A stretch of 64,000 nucleotides of DNA. Origin: the human T2T-CHM13v2.0 reference genome, Homo sapiens. A program made the position numbers and the translations under genes. Below are positions 57,251 through 64,000 of this stretch, piece after piece. The stretch lies in the NCBI RefSeq assembly GCF_009914755.1, contig NC_060933.1; one strand, given 5' to 3'. The first letter of the stretch is position 1, and every line of letters starts with the position of its first letter. A model generated the notes under the pieces. That model did not search any database and had not been told where the DNA came from. It worked only from the letters and a program-made list of their open reading frames with translations.

Positions 57251-59489
57251 GCAATTGTTTGTGATTGTATTACATTTTGAACTTCCACATGCCAAGGTCT
57301 ATTCCTTTAGTCCAGATACTAAGGCATTTGTCTGCGAATTGCATCAGGATCTGAGTCATGTTCCATCATGAGAGGAAATAATTTACTATGATTATTGTTG
57401 CCCTTAACGGCACTAACCACAAAAGTGCTTGTAAATGCCTAATTGTCCATGGAGATATATGTGGTAATGTATGATAAAAGGAAAAGCCCCAAATTTTCAG
57501 AGTTTGACAGGCACCTCAGTTGTAGACTCATACATGATAGAACATAAGAAAGGCAGAATTCAGGCCATTTTATGTAAAATTAAGAAAAATAAGATTTCCT
57601 ATTTTTGTGTCTCAAATGGTTTTTTTAAGTAAGCTAATTTTATGAAAAAAATCAGAAGTTTTATGTGTAGTTAATTTTTCATTAACAAAAGAATAGAAAA
57701 ATCCAAATAACATACAGGTGATCAACACATTTCATGCATACAAACATACTCTTATTCATGCATGCATACATACATACAGTTTTTAGAAATGCCTATACCT
57801 AAGTAATAACCATTAGTAAATTTCTAACTGAGATCCTCTTGATAATAAAAGATAGTTAATAGCTTAAGAAAGTCCTTGTTCATGCTTCATGTGTCATTAC
57901 CATGTATTTAGGAAATTCAAGCATATAAACTCTAAGTGACAATAATATCCCCGTTAAACCAGTGAGAGATATCTGTTATTTAAAAAAAAAAAGATTGTAG
58001 TTGACAATAGATGTGCTGACATCATCCTAAATATTTGAATTTGCTAATAATTGTCCTCTACACAATTGTAGTAAGAGTTCATCCTTAAGATGCATATGTT
58101 TTGCTAATGTTAAGATTAGCTGATTAATATTGATGGCAGCTAAGGCCAGTGGCTAATGTCTGACATCTGTTTGGGAAATCATTGTTCCCATTCAGGAAGC
58201 TGGCATTTCTGTAGAGGTTAGAATGAGGGGTTAGTGTGTAAGGAATTATGATTAGGGTTTTGTGTATGGTTAAGGTTAGGAATAGGGACATGTTCTATCT
58301 CATTTCTGTTCATCTCAATGTATTTCTGGTGTCTAGTTGCTTGCTCTATTCTGTGTTAACAGAGAGGTCTTCCCCTCTGTTCCCTTGTGGCACATTCACT
58401 GTGGCACATTATTTCACGTGCTCCATTCTGTGTTAATGGACTGATTGATCTCATTTTCTTATCTGTGTTAGTCCTTACTTTGTCCTTAAAGAATCTCTTC
58501 TTTTGGGATAGAAACATTCTTTTTGTTCCAATTGTTTATTTGAGTCACAGGTGGACACTTTAACTGATTTAAAGTGGGAAATTAATTTTTACCTCATCCT
58601 TTTCCAGTGCCACCTTAACCTTAATCTTAATACTGAAACCATATCAAAGGGAACTGTGTTTTGGTTTTGGGAGGGAAAGCTATTGATATATGGATTTCTC
58701 TCCCAAAATTAAAATTTTAATAAATGAAAAATTGTAAGCCAAAAAAGTCTTAGTCCTTTAATTTTTTTCTAACACAGCTATTTGTTTTATTTTTTCTCTA
58801 GTGGGCTTTAGTATTAATCAGTGTATAGAGGAGGTAAAAATAGTTTTCCTATAACTTATGCAAAGGGAAGAAATGAACATTTAGTATAACAAAAGACTAC
58901 TGAAGTGAGGTAACCACAGAGACTCAGAAAATCAATCAACCTAAGAAGGAAAGAACACCAGGACCTCTCAGGATATTGAATGAATGCACAATTAAAGTCT
59001 GTTTTCCTTTTATTTCCATTTCTCTTTAACTGAAACATCAAGTGGAAAATCATGAAAACCTTGAAAATTCAAGAAAACTTTTAAAGAACATTCGAGGATC
59101 TTACTATATTGATGTACATAGTTTGATATTTTTAATGAAGTTCTTTAAGCCATTATGTCAATGGCTTCAAGACATTTTGTTCAGTAAATGAAAAATGAAA
59201 CCTTTACAAACTCTTGTAAGATTTTCATTAAACACTTCAAAAAATAGTTTTTTATGTAAAAGTTTCTGTCAGCATCAAAAATCTTTTATTTAGTACACAT
59301 TTCCTGTCTGTTGGGGGGAAGCAAAACTAAATGAGAAGAAAATTGAAATTATCTATGTATATTCCTTATTAAATGTAAGTGGGGGCTAGGGTGGTATATT
59401 CTTGTATTACTATTAATTTTTAGACAGAGTTTTTTTCATTTCACAATGATATCCCAGTTTGCCAACTTGTAGACTGAGAAAAGTGCTGC

Positions 59490-59630
59490 TTAAATTTTTT
59501 GTGCCTAAGACTCCATATCTTTAAAATGGGTTTAGCAAAATAGGGATAATCAATGAAATATTGTATGTAACACGTTTAGACATACCTGATACGTAGTAAG
59601 TACACAATACATATTATTTAATATTAGTAA
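59490..59630 (+). mobile_element. MIR fragment
   Basis: gtgcctaagactccatatctttaaaatggg...cctgatacgtagtaagtacacaata. Confidence 0.6.
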
Positions 59631-60229
59631 GGGTACTAATATTATCTAGCATGATAGCCAGCTAGCTCTGGACCTTTTTTGTGCTCAAATTAATGAATGA
59701 ATAAAGAAAAAAATATATATTTTCTTCACAATAATAAGATTCAGGGACATTATAGAAACTTAAACTTTGAAGTTATTTAGTTCACACTTTTACCAAATAT
59801 GAGAGTACCATAATTTATGACAAGGGATTAAATGGATTCACACCTTTTTTCTGGATTTCTTAGAAGAGATTAACGTTTTTGTCTTGCAAAATATTTTTCT
59901 TAATTAAAATGAAATTGAATGAATTTAGCATTTACTCATTGGTGCTCACTTCAACCCCAGGAATGTCAAGAGTGGGTTCACATTTTCCCACAGAGTTGTC
60001 AATGCTTTCCTCATATAATAACACTAAACATTGGATTGTAAGAATTATCACCCTCTTACATAGACTACTGTCTGAGTAAAACATTTGTTCTCAATTTACT
60101 TAGTTTTCTTGGGAAGTAATGATTCAGTCATTCTGATTTGTAAATGTTTTCTTGTATATCTCATGGCCAAGACATAATAGAGACTCCAGGAAGGTCTGAC
60201 TTACTCTTGAAGGGAACATTAATAACCAC

Positions 60230-60420
60230 TACAGGCACTATGTAAGTTGTAGATTGTTTAGTTCTCCTTTTGTCGAGAACCCTTATAGGGCAGATTTCAT
60301 TATTGTCATTTCTTCATCAAAGAAACTGAGATCTACCTTGGTTATATCACTTTATTTAGATCTAGTCACAAAGACAGTCAGCTCTCAAACCTTTGTTTTT
60401 TCTGATATTTATGAAAAAAT
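60230..60420 (-). mobile_element. MIR fragment
   Basis: aggcactatgtaag...cccttatagggcag...agaaactgaga. Confidence 0.45.
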
Positions 60421-63372
60421 GACCTTTCCCATTTCCATTTAGTTGCTATTATCTTCTGCCTTATTCTGGACACCATAGTGTAAACACTTGTATTCTTTAA
60501 AGCTCTGTATGAGACCTTAGATATTCACCAAAAGTTAAAAAAAACACTCCTTAAGAAGTAAAATTATTGTGGTTAATTAGGCTCCTGTATACTAAATGGA
60601 ATTCCAATTCAGATTAGGGGCATTAAATATAACATTTTATTTAATCCTCAATTATGAGATAGGAGTTATTATTGCCATTTAAATTAATACATATCATATA
60701 CCTTCCTAGTCACACATGAATTGACTTGTTAATTCATAGAAATTGAATTTGCATATGTCAAAAGTTCTACTCCAACTTTATGAATGCTATTTAAGATTGG
60801 GTTAGGATTTTTGGTAGTCACGGCATAGTATTACCTCTAATTCAGCTGTTGCTGATAAAAACACATCGGTTCCAGATGCGCTATTCAGTGAACAGTCTAA
60901 TGTCTGGTACCTATGTGATTAAGGACCTAAAGGCTAGATTCTTAAGAGAATAATTTATTAGATCATTGCTCTTGTGTAAATCTTCCCTTAAGAGAGATTC
61001 ATACTCAGTCTATAGTAATTCACTTCTGGGACCCTAAAGTTAGTTGCTTGGCTCTGCTGTGAGATAAAAGTAGTATCAAATAATAATATGATACAAGCAA
61101 GAAAGCAAAATAAAGGGAAAGAAGGAAATTTAACAGTTTGATATTTTGATTGATAGTTGCAGGGTCTATGCCAATAAAAAATATTATTTAGATAGCATTA
61201 ATGTAGTTATTGACTCAAGCAATATGTTCATGCATGCAATATTTTATTTTGGTATTCTTTACCATTTTAAAAATAATGATAAACAATGGACATACTCTTT
61301 CTCTGAAAGAAAATAACAAGATAAAGGAGTTTTGACATGCAGTTTGAGTAAATATATCTAAAATATGTAATGAGAATGGGAGCTTTCACATCTGCTGTAT
61401 TCATTGTCAAAACATTATTCTAGATATTTTATTTAATCTAGTAATATAATTATCTAGCAAAGATAGTAATTTAGTAAAGTTTTAAATTTAAAAAAAGAAA
61501 TTACTGGAATTGTGGCAGCAAATGGATATATTTAAAACTGAGGGCAAAATGAAGCGCATATCAAAAGAACCAACGAATGAGAGAAGATAAAGATAATCAA
61601 CATACTCAGACAGAAAAGTATGCTTAGTACACAGCAGTGAGCAGTTTCTGAGGTTTCTGGTGCAAGGGAATTACCTCTTTCAATAAAATGAATCAATTAT
61701 AACCAAATTATGAAGTAATCTCTTACTGTTTGATTTTTTGATACATGAAATTATTTTTACTGCAGATTTTAATATAACAATATGTTATAGTCATAGAGCA
61801 CTTTTCCTAATTTAGTAATTGAAAGCTTGTGTAAAAAATGTTTCTCTGTTTTTGTTTTTTTTCTTATATTGGCCATGAAAACATTCTTTTGAGGAAGATT
61901 TTATTTTCCCTTGCTAAGTTTCAGTAAATATAATTTAGTTGAATTTAATACAACCAGATGCATAAGATGAGGTAGGTAATTTAACTGTCAGATGAACTAT
62001 AGTTAGTTAAGGTACGCAATGGATTTTGTTTTTCTTCCAAGCAAGTGTCAGTTAAATAGCAATCATTTCCTTCAAAATACTCCCTCACCTCAGCCCCTCA
62101 AAAGAATTTCAATGCTATTTTTGAAAATATTTTGAATTACTGGTCATAAAGGAGTTCTAAAACATTCCTGTGAAGTGCTTTAGAGCTTCACCCAGTAGTG
62201 TCAGGAGTATTCATTCTTACTTGAACAAGAGAACGGAAAACAGGACTGGCTATAGCAGTTGCCAGCTTCAAGGATTCAAGTGCAGAGGAAATCAGAGAAA
62301 AGAACAGGCAGAACAGATGGTTAAAAGTAATTTCTGAAATTAGTTCAAATTGTTTTAATAGCTATTTGTATTTTAACAGCATAATTTAACAATTTATATT
62401 TTGAGATTATGTCTATGAAAATAAGTCCCAAAGTGAGAAAACATTTGTATATATATATATAGGAATATAAATTTTCAGAACTCAGTCTTTAAGACTGATA
62501 ACAATCATCATAAATGCAAAAATCTAAAAGAAAAAAACAAGTTTCCCAATATTTATTCTTTGTTGTCTGATTTTATATATTTAAAAAACTATTGAAACAT
62601 CTGAATCTTCGCTAAACCCTATAGAGAATGGCTGTATTTCTAGGCAAGTGTTCTAATTATGTATTTTTCCTTTATATAGTATTTCTTGTTGCTTGAAAAG
62701 CTCCTTTCTAATCTAGCAGAATATGTTAGAAAAGACAATCCCAGTAACTGAGAATTCTATTGCATCAGGATCTATTATTTATATATTTTTTCTTTTTGAG
62801 CTTATGGTGGGCGGTTTAGAGAGCTGACCCATTCTTCTGTCTTTGCGTGTGTATTTTTAAATTCTAGTCATTGTGTAGTGAGAATATGCAGGTGTTTCTC
62901 AGAGAACTTTTTCCCCTCTAGCTGGATGTGGAAAGGACAATGCAATTAATAACAGATGGCACGGGATGACCACGTCCTTGAGAGAACGCCTTATTGGCAC
63001 CTCCTGCTAATTGTATCACATATAACACAACTAAAAGCATAATAAATCTGAACTGGGGGACATTTTATGCAAGAGCTCTTCTCCTTTTCCAGACGGTAAA
63101 TTGCTCAGCTCTTGAAATATCTATAACCTTGTGACACTCAACTTGCATTAGCTTAATTGCCTTTTTTCCATCTCCCTCCCCCTTCTACCCTCCCTTTCTC
63201 TTTCTCTCCTTCTCTCCTTCTCTGTCTCTCCCTTTTTCTCACCCTCTCACTGTCTCTTTCTTGTTGTCTCATATTTTTTTCCCTCTAGGTGTGAGGAAAC
63301 AATTTGACATTTGTTTTTCTACCTAGTTTAGTGCTGCGTCTAATACAGCTGTATTTCCTAGCTTGTATAGAA

Positions 63373-63692
<320 letters not shown>

Positions 63693-64000
63693 TCTTTTAA
63701 AGGGCTTTAAAACACTTTTCTTAACATTTGTGTTGAGAAAGAAAATGCCTATCTGATTCTGATGTAATTTAATAAATCTGTAAAAAAAAAAAAGGGGGGC
63801 TCTCATTAAGTGTAAACTCATGTGAGCTTCTGATGGACATACACAATAACACACGTACGTATGTAAACAAACATATCCATTCACACACATGCACAGGACT
63901 TTTTTCTTTTTTTGCACAATGGCAATAATTCACCATATTCTGTAGCATTGAAAAGGATTGCATTTTCTTCCATTTCATAACCTGGTATTATTAACAATTT

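Noticed and set aside
58215-58290. Interstitial telomeric repeat (ggttag/ttaggg-like), with a complementary patch near 58611-58630
   Set aside because: Highly degenerate with only one exact TTAGGG; more likely ancient repeat or low-complexity sequence

Overview
AT-rich hominoid (human or great-ape) non-coding DNA, probably intronic or gene-desert, with no recognisable host protein-coding exon, RNA gene or CpG island. The main structure is a full-length ~6.04 kb L1PA2-type LINE-1 (28742-34781, minus strand). Its ORF1 and ORF2 are disabled by three point lesions, but the antisense ORF0 is intact. It is nested, with a 14-bp TSD, inside an older 5'-truncated L1PA that has its own 17-bp TSD. The window also holds four minus-strand Alus, a near-complete Tigger1, Tigger3, MER6B, MER63, MER5A, a MADE1 remnant, MaLR LTRs and many L1M, L2 and MIR fragments. 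The most unusual signals are a pure (AAAAG)62 plus (GGAA)14 expansion in an Alu tail, several templated or inverted micro-insertions that look like repair scars, and repeat-free motif-dense segments that look like developmental enhancers (6.85-7.8 kb and 62.8-63.3 kb). I found no convincing novel biological system. Repeat subfamily names come from remembered consensus sequences, and boundaries of ancient repeats are approximate.
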